A stretch of 64,000 bases of DNA, taken from NCBI GenBank assembly GCA_964187785.1, contig OZ076409.1, positions 34,474,001 through 34,538,000 on the forward strand. Direction: 5' to 3'. This document shows, piece by piece, positions 48,351-58,126 of this stretch. How positions within the stretch are numbered: the stretch's first letter is position 1; each line of letters starts with the position of its first letter. The translations under genes were made by a program, and so were the position numbers. Source of the stretch: Amphiscolops sp. MND2022. Lineage: Eukaryota. A model generated the notes under the pieces. The model saw only the letters and a program-made list of their open reading frames with translations. It was not told the origin of the DNA and searched no databases.

Positions 48351-50518
48351 TGTGTCATTTCACGTCACATTTTGAAAATTTAAAAGCGTCTCACCCTAAT
48401 TACCCAGTGAATAACTTTACTGCTTTACTGCCCTACTAAAAACCAACATTTCTGAAAGTTCTTTTATTTTTAAAAGGATTCTACTTCAATAAGTCGCATA
48501 GTGCCGGAAAAGCTAAAACTGACCATCTATGCTCTCAAGACGCTGTTGTTTTTGCTGAAAGTCAAAGGAGAGGGTTTAGGTTTGGAAGAAAATCCAGAAA
48601 AAGTCGCATAATGTCGAAAATTTTCTAAAGGGGGTCTTTGGTATCCCCTTATTTTTGCAAACATGAAACTTTTCTTCTTCAGTGCGAGAGTCGAACCCAC
48701 GTAATTTTCCTTCTTTCCTTCTTTGGCCGGGAAAAATCCGTGTTAACCACCAGTCAAAGTCCAAGTCCAAATGTCGATGAAAAGTTACTTGAGAAGTTGA
48801 AGCACGTTTGGTAAAACCACTTTGGACAAATTAGGTGTATCGAAAAAATCTGACGGAAAACCATGACTATAGTCGCTCTTTTCTACAAAAAAACACCAAC
48901 TGAAAAACGGAACCTGTAATGAGTTTGCCTAAATTCGCACCATCTTTTACAAATGAACGTGAAGTGAATCTCCTCACAGCAAGCTGAAAATGGTCAAGGA
49001 ACTGTCCGTTTTGGGCTGTGGGTCCCTGTGACTTTGTAAAGGCAAGTAGTGACAGATCGCTTGACGCGGCAACAGAGATGGAGGAACCTGCAACGAACGG
49101 CATTACGCCCGGTGCTGGCACATATCCGCAACAGATCCATTTTACCATATGGGTGTCGCGCCCGGAAGGTCCCAATGTCGCGCCTCAAAAAGGAAGCTCT
49201 CCGACCGGTCCCAATTTGTAACTGTTGTTAGTAACGGGCATCTTCCTTTTGTCTTTTCAGGAACAGTTTACACAGCCTTTAAAAACGTTCCAAGAATAAT
49301 CAGTATAGTTTTCGTCTTTCAGGGTGACATGGGAACAACGTTTAAAATTGCAAAAAGTGGCCCGAGAGCTAGAAAATACAGCTAATAAAAGTACATAGAA
49401 GCACGCATCGAATCTGCAGACCACACAGCTACAAGTTAGCGCGCCAAGAACCGAAAAAGGAACCTTAGGCAAAAAGACTCGTTTTTCCGGTTTTCACCAT
49501 TTAGGATAGTATAATGCCAAAATGAATAAAAAAAGGGTGTTTGCTCATAGAAAAGAGCTTTTCAAAGGCTTTCACAATCTCTACAGGCTCTCAAGTTATC
49601 TCGTTTTCGGTGTTCCTACTCTGTCTGCTCTCGTGCTCGTTCTCTTTTCAAAATGGTGAAAACCGCGAAAAGAGCAATCCCATGCTTGGTGCCACGTCAC
49701 ATATCGGATTAGAATTTTTCACCAAACTTCTTCCTATTTTAATTTCGACTGATTGTGTATCAAAGGGTGCATTTACACTTGCTCAAGGTCTGTTCCTTCT
49801 AGATATTTTTCTAGTTTAATGCAAACATTTTTTTCATCTGATTAGAAATATTAACGTTGAACTTCTTGTAGTCAACTAACGAACTGAAATGTTTTGCAAA
49901 ACAAAAAATACAGGGACCTTCATGGAACATTTGTGCAAAATTTCCATGCAGCTTGGAAAAGTTTGCAAGATTTCCAGCCTTGAAAAAAGTGTTTGAGAGC
50001 CCATAGAGCTTGAAAAATTTTCAAAAAAATTGCTTCATTCCATTAATTAAACGCTGAAAATGCAATAAATGCAACAATGTTCCACCCTCAACCTTGACCA
50101 TTTACAGAAACGAGTGTTTTCTTTATTCTGAATACTAAATCTAGATCAGCTCAATTAAAAAATTGTTTTGCTAAAAAATCCTTGAAAACACACAATCGCA
50201 TATGTCAAGAGATTTACGATCACATCAAATTGATCAACATTGAAATCATTCTTTTCATCACATTTGCAAACAGAATTTAGGAGAAAAACAAGCGAATAAA
50301 GGCGAAACAGGCTAGAAAAGCCAATAGTAGAGAGAAGAGCAGAATACAGAGCAGGTTGCAGGGACGATGACAAAGTAGTATGGGAAATCCCGATACGGGC
50401 CACAAAAACCCCAAAAATTAAAAGTCCTCAAAACCATTGATTTTAAGCACTTTTTAGAAAACAAATCATCAAAAATAGTGTTTTTACCATGAAGCAAAAA
50501 TTCACTAACCTCTATGAT

Positions 50519-50674
50519 GCGCGAAGCTACGCGCGAAGCTACGCAATGTGTAATAATAACACGTTGCTGTACAGCCAGCATTAATGCACAACCAACGTTA
50601 ATGTACAACCAGCATTAATGCACAACCAACGTTAATGTACAGCCAACGTTAACGTGCAACCAACGTTAATGTAC
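50519..50674. repeat. Short tandem repeats in the probable left terminal region
   Basis: GCGCGAAGCTAC x2; ~32-bp unit CAGCATTAATGCACAACCAACGTTAATGTAC(A) x2-3. Confidence 0.8.
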
Positions 50675-50719
50675 CGGCGCATACATTATTCTTATATAAC
50701 TACAACTAACACATTTTTG

Positions 50720-50965
50720 TCTCCCATAGCTTAGTGGTTATAGCATTGACTAAAGTTAAGGCTTCGGCCGGAGTGTTTGGGGTTCACTTCTATCCAACGT
50801 CCCCCAGTCTTTGTTACAACTTACATGCTATGGGAGAATAATCACCAATGGCACAGTTCTTAAAAAGGATAATCCCTGCTGTGGAAACTCTTAGTGGAAC
50901 GGACTCCCGATGGGCTTTGAGTTTACCATAGGCATGTCAATACCAATGGCATGCCTATGGGTTTT
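50720..50965 (+). ncRNA. Predicted tRNA-like / Pol III-type structured RNA cassette
   Basis: TATATAA at 50693; A-box/D-arm TAGCTTAGTGGTTATAGC; cUUCGg hairpin; B-box-like GGTTCACTTC; 11-bp closing stem 50720-50730/50827-50837; 14-bp hairpin 50926-50960 followed by TTTT. Confidence 0.55.
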
Positions 50966-51048
50966 GTATTTTTACCACATGGGAAATAATTTTAACCACG
51001 CACAGCTTCACACAACATTAATACACAACAATGAAAAATAACTAATAA

Positions 51049-51468
51049 ATGGAACAGCTTCACAATTACCTCTCATTCAAAGATTTTGTTGAAAAATATG
51101 GATTAAAAAACGAAGCAACTTCCAATGTAAAAATAAAAGAAATACTTAATGAATTAAATATTCCATGTGGAATATACATGAGAGATGATAAGTTTAACAC
51201 TACCAGTGGTATAGTTAACTTACATCCCTCAGTGGGAACACATTGGGTTATGTTTACAAATCAAAATTATTTTGATTCATATGGCTGCCCACCCCCAACT
51301 AATATACTTAATCATATTAAAAATGGTATTTATTCAGAATATCAAATTCAGACCAACGACAGTTATTGCGCGGCGTATTGTTTATACACACTGTATCTCA
51401 CAAATAAAATTGGGTTCAAAAATGCAGTACTAAATTTATACTACCAAACTTTCAAACTTAATAAATGA
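51049..51468 (+). CDS. Adenain-like cysteine (virion maturation) protease
   Basis: GTHWV (His), YFDSYG (Asp), QIQ...YCAAYC (Gln/Cys) in adenain order. Confidence 0.9.
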   Translation: MEQLHNYLSFKDFVEKYGLKNEATSNVKIKEILNELNIPCGIYMRDDKFNTTSGIVNLHPSVGTHWVMFTNQNYFDSYGCPPPTNILNHIKNGIYSEYQIQTNDSYCAAYCLYTLYLTNKIGFKNAVLNLYYQTFKLNK

Positions 51469-51677
51469 AGAAAATTAATAATTATTCAACTCAATATAAA
51501 ATTATCTCGCGCAGCTTCGCGCCAGCTCTCGCGCACAGCTCCGCAGAACAGCTTCACAATCAAAATCAAAATCATGGAAAAAATTCATCGAAGCCGCATA
51601 AGAAAACATTATCAAAAGATAGGCAAGAATTTATAAATAACATTTCCGCTAGTGGATTCAAACAATTTAATCTATAA
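51465..51677 (+). CDS. Small basic hypothetical Polinton protein
   Basis: Starts in the same ATAAATG context as every other Polinton ORF and fills the gap between protease and penton. Confidence 0.6.
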   Translation: MKKINNYSTQYKIISRSFAPALAHSSAEQLHNQNQNHGKNSSKPHKKTLSKDRQEFINNISASGFKQFNL

Positions 51678-51713
51678 TGCGGAGCTGAGAAAAAAGGATT
51701 TTTTTCCTAATAA

Positions 51714-52727
51714 ATGGATCTATCAAGCTTCGTAACATATGATAAAAAAGAATCTCTTCTTTTAAGTATTGCAAAATCTAATCAAGAAATTGTTGAAAAT
51801 ACTCATTCTAAACCACAAGAAACTCTAGAATTTAAAATGACTAAACAAAAAGAATCTTTCTCATTTGATGTTCCATTACTACTGCCTGAAAAATGGATGA
51901 TGGGAGTAACAAGCCTAGAAGTATACAACACTGTATATAACATTACTGAAAAGAATAACAAACTTGAAATTCTTCTAACAAAACAACAACTCGAAGAGTA
52001 TAGAGTTGACACTGAATTAGTGCCAAAAATAAAGGATTTGTATGAAACATCTGATGATAAATTTATAGAAAAAACTAATACACTTATAACTTATAGTTAT
52101 ACTAAAAAGAAGAAAAAACTTACTAGAAAAGACTTTAACCAACTCAAGAAATTAATTGAAGTTTTTAACTATCCTGATCAACAAATACATATTCCTGACT
52201 TTGAAATTGAACATGATTCCTTTGGAATACAACTAACACCAGGAGCATATGAATTAGTTGATATCAATGCTTCCGTAAAACAAATAATTAATGAAAGTGA
52301 TTATGATTTTAAATTCAACATAATACCCGACACAATATCAATGAAATCAGTTTTAACAACCTCAAATCCTATTCATTTTAACTCCGAACTTAACAAAGTC
52401 CTGTGTTTTACACAACGTGATTACCCATCCGGAACTCACACTTCAGAAAAACCAGTCATGATAACAACCACCGACAAAGTTCATCTGAAGTGCGACTGTG
52501 TAGATGGTTCAATTGTTAATGGTATACGAGAGCAAATTTTATTTTCTTTCAATTTAAGCGCACCTCCCGGATATAAAATTATAAAAGAACCCACAACTGT
52601 TTTGTACAAATCAATTAACAAAACACGACTGGACACCATCCAATTTTTCCTTGAGGACTCTAATCATGATTCAGTTGATTTCAACGGGGAGACACTCACC
52701 TTCACAATTCAAATTATCAAAATATGA
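51714..52727 (+). CDS. Minor capsid protein (penton-like)
   Basis: C-terminal beta-rich motif LKCDCVDGSIVNG...FSF...PGYKII.EP...Y...LED...VDFNGE as in Polinton minor capsid proteins (recognised by eye). Confidence 0.7.
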   Translation: MDLSSFVTYDKKESLLLSIAKSNQEIVENTHSKPQETLEFKMTKQKESFSFDVPLLLPEKWMMGVTSLEVYNTVYNITEKNNKLEILLTKQQLEEYRVDTELVPKIKDLYETSDDKFIEKTNTLITYSYTKKKKKLTRKDFNQLKKLIEVFNYPDQQIHIPDFEIEHDSFGIQLTPGAYELVDINASVKQIINESDYDFKFNIIPDTISMKSVLTTSNPIHFNSELNKVLCFTQRDYPSGTHTSEKPVMITTTDKVHLKCDCVDGSIVNGIREQILFSFNLSAPPGYKIIKEPTTVLYKSINKTRLDTIQFFLEDSNHDSVDFNGETLTFTIQIIKI

Positions 52728-52756
52728 TAGGATTTAATACAATTTTTTTCTAATAA

Positions 52757-53278
52757 ATGAGTTATAATAAATTTATAAATAATTCATATTGTGTTGGCGG
52801 AAAACATTATTCTCCCACCACAAATGTTCATGGAGAAATTACAAACACTGGGATACAGATGGGCAGGCCCGTACACACATTACGTGGCAACTGTGTAGTG
52901 TGTAACAGAAATAAGAGTCTAATTGTATCTGAACGAACAATAGAGGGGGAAGGATTGGGAGACTTCTTTAAACATTTAGGTTCTGCAGCCAAAAATGTTG
53001 GAAAGAAAATACTCAATAACCCAGCAAGAGCTCTAGAAATAGCAGCAAATATTGGAACTGCAGCAGCAAGTAAAAATCCACGATTAATTGCCGCAACTGC
53101 CCCCGATGTTATTAAATTTGTTCATCAAGGGAAGGGCCTATACAAAGCTGAAGCATTGTCGAGTAAAGGCGGAAGCTATCGCAGCAAAGCAGGTAACACA
53201 AGCAGCAGCAAAACAAGCAACACAAACCGAAAAGCAAGAACTAATGGTAAAGGCCTGTATCTGGGGAAAATCCACTAG
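52757..53278 (+). CDS. Basic virion core / pVI-like protein
   Basis: N-terminal Cys motif (YC..H...CVVC), then IEGE|G followed by amphipathic GLGDFFKHLGSAAKNVGKKIL. Confidence 0.6.
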   Translation: MSYNKFINNSYCVGGKHYSPTTNVHGEITNTGIQMGRPVHTLRGNCVVCNRNKSLIVSERTIEGEGLGDFFKHLGSAAKNVGKKILNNPARALEIAANIGTAAASKNPRLIAATAPDVIKFVHQGKGLYKAEALSSKGGSYRSKAGNTSSSKTSNTNRKARTNGKGLYLGKIH

Positions 53279-53304
53279 TTATATGCATTAATTATACTTA
53301 ATAA

Positions 53305-54366
53305 ATGTATTCAATTCACACCCGAGATGACTTGGAAAAATTAAAAAAATTACAAGAAACAAAATCCTTAATTTTTAAAGAAAGATTAAAAGAGAAACTA
53401 GGGAAACAAGACTTTCATTATGACCTTGAAGAAGTTTTTGAACCTGTTACTACAAAGCAGGTAGAATCAAATGAAAAACAAATACAAGCACTACATGATT
53501 CTACCCGCGAAGCTTCGCGCGCAGCTTCACAAACAGTACAAGCAATAAAAAATCAAACACAGGCTATTCGAGAATCGAGTAACGCTTTGAATAAAAATTT
53601 ACAGAAATCAATTAAAGAAGGAATACAAGAATATGATGAAATTACGAATCGTAATAATCAGCTTCTTACGAGTCTTGTTACTTCCAATCAAGTTGATTCT
53701 AGTATTGTAAAAACAGTTTCTAATTTACTTAATGACAAAAACAAAAGCCAATTTAGTTTAGAACCATTTATACAAGACTATCCAAATATATTCATAATTA
53801 ATCCCCATAACCCACAACAAGTACTAATCAAAGGTTCAACAATGACTTTCGAGAATGGGAATTCATACAATTTAAATGATCCAGATCTTCAACATTTTAT
53901 AACTAATACACAATTTGACAAACAAATAAATAACTGGGGTCCAATTTATAACTTCTTAAATGATATGAAATATGATCTAAATTATGGAGATAAAAAATCA
54001 TACAGATATCAATTTATTAAAGAATTGTATAAATATATGCAGGGCTTCACTCAAGGCTATGCGGGGAGCTCTGCGACAGCTAACGCGACAGCTAACGCGA
54101 CAACTCCCACACAGGACTACACACAGGGCTTCACAGGAAGTGGATTGCGCGATAGCTATCGCAAATATTCACAACAGTACATTTTCCTCCCATCTGACCC
54201 AGACGAATTAGTGGATAAATTGAAATTACTTTATTTTGAAAAAGTTGGAGGAAATGATAGTTTTCTGATTAATGAACAAATTATTGCAATTATAGACAAG
54301 TTATTGGAGTATGAATGCATATCACCTTCTCAACACCAAAATATACAAAGCAACTTAATTACTTAA
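53305..54366 (+). CDS. Conserved Polinton hypothetical protein (coiled-coil)
   Basis: Coiled-coil N-half; C-terminal LPSDPDELVDKLKLL...GGND...EQIIAIIDKL motif typical of Polinton proteins; also present in the relic. Confidence 0.8.
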   Translation: MYSIHTRDDLEKLKKLQETKSLIFKERLKEKLGKQDFHYDLEEVFEPVTTKQVESNEKQIQALHDSTREASRAASQTVQAIKNQTQAIRESSNALNKNLQKSIKEGIQEYDEITNRNNQLLTSLVTSNQVDSSIVKTVSNLLNDKNKSQFSLEPFIQDYPNIFIINPHNPQQVLIKGSTMTFENGNSYNLNDPDLQHFITNTQFDKQINNWGPIYNFLNDMKYDLNYGDKKSYRYQFIKELYKYMQGFTQGYAGSSATANATANATTPTQDYTQGFTGSGLRDSYRKYSQQYIFLPSDPDELVDKLKLLYFEKVGGNDSFLINEQIIAIIDKLLEYECISPSQHQNIQSNLIT

Positions 54367-55479
54367 AGGATCAGTTTGTGGATTAAAGATCTTGTAATTT
54401 GGATTAGATTCATTACAAATCCTGTACCTACTCCCATTTTTATCTTCCAATCTGTTTATTAAAAGGTAGTTGAATTTTTCGTTCCATGCTTCTCTACACA
54501 AACTTTTGAATTCCTCATAAGACATATCAAAACCTGATATGTCCCTATGAATATGTTCTACATCTTTCAGTGTTTGTTGAAATAAAATTATGATATTACT
54601 ATTGTTTCTAACTGTCTTTTTTGGTGCATCAAAATAACTCTGACATAAATAATAAACATCACAAGATTTGTGTCTTCCCCTAGTAAAAAATGGATCAATC
54701 AATTTCTGGTTGGAGTCTAACATATCATCAAATACTACACAACATCCCCTATACTCTTCCAAATCCCCCACATTTTCTTCCACACTTACACCACCAATAT
54801 CATTGCGTAGCTCCACATCCTCATATTGTTCCGGACTCCTTGTAATGATACGAATTTGTTTCTCTGGATCTTCCAAACGAATCAATCGTAATTTATTCAA
54901 CAACAAATGAGTCTTACCACAAAATGATGGGCCAACTATTAATGTTCTATTAGTTTCGTTCGCGTTAGCTCCCGCATTATCATCATTAGCGATAGCTTTC
55001 GCGTTAGCTCCCGCAGGGCTATTCACGAAGCTCTGCACACCGTTATTAGCATTAGCTCCCGCGTTAGCACCCACATTATTATTATTATTACTGTGTGAAG
55101 GGGTGCCTCGCGAATAGCCATGCGGGAACTCCCGCTGTAGCTCTCGTGATAGCTGTTGCGAATAGCCATGCGGAAGTAAATCATACAGAGCCCCGCCCCC
55201 AGTATGCTGATTATAATTATATTGTTGATTATACTGTTGATTATAGTGTTGTTTTTTAATGTGTGACCTTAAATAACTTTTATTTAATTCCTTATTACAA
55301 AATTCACACCTCACCTTTTTATTAAAACACACTTTGCATGAAGAGTACGTTCTGCCATTTTTGTATGAATAAAAAGTATTACAATTCTTCAAAGTTTCAC
55401 AGTCTTTACATCTTTTTTTACTAGAGCAATCATCACATAAACTTTTTTCACTACTTTTATTACAAATTAAGCAATTCAT
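54355..55479 (-). CDS. A32/FtsK-like DNA packaging ATPase with N-terminal Cys-rich zinc domain
   Basis: Walker A GPSFCGKT, Walker B VVFDD, RGRH, R.N; multiple CxxC pairs at the N-terminus. Confidence 0.9.
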   Translation of the reverse strand: MNCLICNKSSEKSLCDDCSSKKRCKDCETLKNCNTFYSYKNGRTYSSCKVCFNKKVRCEFCNKELNKSYLRSHIKKQHYNQQYNQQYNYNQHTGGGALYDLLPHGYSQQLSRELQREFPHGYSRGTPSHSNNNNNVGANAGANANNGVQSFVNSPAGANAKAIANDDNAGANANETNRTLIVGPSFCGKTHLLLNKLRLIRLEDPEKQIRIITRSPEQYEDVELRNDIGGVSVEENVGDLEEYRGCCVVFDDMLDSNQKLIDPFFTRGRHKSCDVYYLCQSYFDAPKKTVRNNSNIIILFQQTLKDVEHIHRDISGFDMSYEEFKSLCREAWNEKFNYLLINRLEDKNGSRYRICNESNPNYKIFNPQTDPLSN

Positions 55480-55499
55480 TTATTTAGTATTATTTAGTA

Positions 55500-55896
55500 A
55501 AAAATCACTAAAGTTTCACTAAAGTTTCACTAAATACCTCTCAGTATCACTATGTAATCACTAAGGTTTCACTAAGCAAATTTCACTAAATCACTAAGAA
55601 TCTCTAAGAATCTCTAAGAATCTCTAAGAGTATTTTATTTCTCTAAGATTAGAGAATATAGTGAAATTTAGTGAAAATAATGCTCTTAGTGAAACCTTAG
55701 TGATTTAGTGAGAAATTTAGAGAAATTTAGAGATCACTAAATAATCACTAAGGTTCCACTAAATAATCACTAATCACTAAATAATCACTAAATAATCACT
55801 AAATAATCACTAAATAATCACTAAATAATCACTTAACATTATTTACGAAGTTCCTACGAAGTTCCTACGAAGTTCCTACGAAGTTCCTACGAAGTT
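55500..55896. repeat. CACTAA/TTAGTG-based direct and inverted repeat region plus (GAAGTTCCTAC)n
   Basis: Perfect 20-bp inverted repeat 55557-55576/55685-55704; AAATAATCACT tandem; GAAGTTCCTAC x4-5. Confidence 0.9.
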
Positions 55897-57110
55897 CATA
55901 GCTTATTTTTAGTAAAACTTTTTGCATGCTCATAAATTAAGTTCTTGAAGCTCTCTTTAACTGAGTCACTAATTAGTGGTTTTTGCATACGCTCAACGTA
56001 GTTGTCTATTTTGGATTCATTCACTTTAATGTTATTTTGTTTGCAATAGGCTACATAATAATAAGCTATGTTGTGTGGTGTTATTTCAATTGTTTGGTCG
56101 GACATTGCCTCTAAGAATATCTTCAATTTGTTGTAATCATCACCAGTGAAAAAGTAACTTTCATAAGCAACGAGTTGTTCTGGACCCCACTCACTTCGTT
56201 TGCTCGAATCATAAATTAACTTGTACTTGTTGTTTAGAATCTTGTATTTATGACTCCTTGTGTCCAGTTCAATAATACCAAATTCTAACTGATCGCGGTA
56301 GTATTTCCAATTAAGCCCATTAACTGCGTCAGCTTTCGCGGAAGCTAACCCATAAGTTTGTACTATCGACTCGAAGAAGTTATCTGGGTTATTAATTGTT
56401 AAGTATATTTTGAAACAATTTTCCCTCACGACTGGAAGAACATCCTTTGCATAGTGAGCAAGGTATATCACTTGAATCCCCAAGTGTCTACCATATCTAA
56501 ATAAGTCTTCTACTTTTGTTTTAAGAGTTTTGTATGCACCTGCATCATCCAGTACAACAATTTTATTAGCAAGTAATTCAATACTAACCTTCTCCAACTG
56601 CAGTAGTGGTACAAAATTTTGAGAGGGAAACTCACATTCATCTCGCCCAAAAACTACGTAAGTTCTTTGATTTCGGGCGTGAGCTGTCGCTAAATAATGC
56701 TTTAAAAAACTTGTCTTCCCAGAGCCACTACTACCATAAATTATGAAGTGGGAATTATTGTGTGGGGATGCTTCGCGGGATTCTTCAATTGTATCCTGGG
56801 GGACTTCTCTTTCCTGGTTTGTCAGATGAGAGTATTTGAACCCTTCAAATTGTTGTAGTTTTTTATAAATTTTTTTAAAGGACATGGGGCGAATATAATT
56901 CCAATATATTACAACAATAATACCTATAAATATAATTAAATATGCAATAAACATAGGATTTGTGATTACTTTATAAAGTTGTGTTTTCTGATACCAATAC
57001 AGTTTGTTGGCTCCTGCGGTAGCTCCATCGGCTCCCGCGCCGTCTCCTGCGCCAGCTCCTTCACCTTGATAATTATTTCTATAGCTCTGCAAGCAATAAT
57101 CATTATTCAT
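55896..57110 (-). CDS. Second A32-like ATPase with N-terminal transmembrane helix
   Basis: MFIAYLIIFIGIIVVIYW; GSSGSGKT; VVLDD; RYGRH; VREN. Confidence 0.85.
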   Translation of the reverse strand: MNNDYCLQSYRNNYQGEGAGAGDGAGADGATAGANKLYWYQKTQLYKVITNPMFIAYLIIFIGIIVVIYWNYIRPMSFKKIYKKLQQFEGFKYSHLTNQEREVPQDTIEESREASPHNNSHFIIYGSSGSGKTSFLKHYLATAHARNQRTYVVFGRDECEFPSQNFVPLLQLEKVSIELLANKIVVLDDAGAYKTLKTKVEDLFRYGRHLGIQVIYLAHYAKDVLPVVRENCFKIYLTINNPDNFFESIVQTYGLASAKADAVNGLNWKYYRDQLEFGIIELDTRSHKYKILNNKYKLIYDSSKRSEWGPEQLVAYESYFFTGDDYNKLKIFLEAMSDQTIEITPHNIAYYYVAYCKQNNIKVNESKIDNYVERMQKPLISDSVKESFKNLIYEHAKSFTKNKL

Positions 57111-57144
57111 TTATTTATAAAAAATTGTTATAAAACTATAATAA

Positions 57145-58047
57145 ATGAATCAAAAAAAGAAAGAAATTGTTAAAGAAATCTTCTCTCCTGTAATTAAGAA
57201 GTTTCAAAGAATTCAAATACAAACTCACTATAAAGATGAATGTTGGAGTATTGATCTAATTGATCGCTCAAGTTTAAGCAAATACAACAAAAACTACAAG
57301 TTTATTTTCACAATAATTGACAACCATACTAAATATGCATGGGCGATTCCCCTCAAAGATAAATCAGGAAAAAGTACGACTACTGCATTAAAAAGTCTCA
57401 TTGAAAAAGAGAAGAGAAAACCACACAAAATTTGGAGTGATAGAGGTAAAGAGTTTTACAACACAACATTTTTACACTATTTAAAAGAGCAAAACATTCA
57501 AATTTATTCAACTAATTCAGATTTAAAAGCTGTTTTTGTTGAACGTTTCAATAGAACACTTCTGGACTTAATCAAAGAACCGATGTATATTGAGGGTAAA
57601 GGTAACTGGTTGAATCACCTTGATGCTGCTTTGGATAAGTATAATAATAGGGTGCATGGTACAACAAAAATGACACCATTTGAAGCCAGTAATAACAGTT
57701 TACTTCCTAGCAATAATAATAATAACAATAAAGTTCCGCGCGATAGCTACCGCGATAGCTACCGCAGCTTCGCGCAAAGCTTCGCCAAATTCCAAGTGGG
57801 AGATTTTGTAAGAGTTCCTGACAAAAGGAACATTTATTCAAAAGGTTATACAACAAATTGGAACAGAGAACTTTTTAAAATACACAGCATCAACAAAACA
57901 AACCCAGTAACATACACTTTAAATGATGAAAACGGAGATATTATTCAAGGAAAATATTATGAACAAGAACTTTTAAGAAGCATATTCGACTTTGACTCTA
58001 ACAACAAAACTTTAGAAAGTATGAATATTTTCCACAAATTTGAGTAA
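57145..58047 (+). CDS. Retroviral-like (rve) DDE integrase
   Basis: WSIDLID, IIDNHTKYAWAIPLK, WSDRGKEF, VERFNRT. Confidence 0.95.
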   Translation: MNQKKKEIVKEIFSPVIKKFQRIQIQTHYKDECWSIDLIDRSSLSKYNKNYKFIFTIIDNHTKYAWAIPLKDKSGKSTTTALKSLIEKEKRKPHKIWSDRGKEFYNTTFLHYLKEQNIQIYSTNSDLKAVFVERFNRTLLDLIKEPMYIEGKGNWLNHLDAALDKYNNRVHGTTKMTPFEASNNSLLPSNNNNNNKVPRDSYRDSYRSFAQSFAKFQVGDFVRVPDKRNIYSKGYTTNWNRELFKIHSINKTNPVTYTLNDENGDIIQGKYYEQELLRSIFDFDSNNKTLESMNIFHKFE

Positions 58048-58126
58048 TTTGCGGAGCTTTCGCGGAGCTTTCACAGGGCTTTCGCGGAGCTTCCGCGATA
58101 GCTTTCGCAATAATTTTTTATTATAA

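Noticed and set aside
48860..49820. Cluster of short ORFs in slightly GC-richer DNA
   Set aside because: No motifs; overlapping ORFs on both strands, probably a non-coding repeat.
50720..50837. Canonical tRNA gene
   Set aside because: No 7-nt anticodon loop and no proper T-arm next to the acceptor stem; reported as a tRNA-like ncRNA instead.
55500..55896. CRISPR-like array
   Set aside because: Short tandem units with no unique spacers, no cas genes, eukaryotic context.
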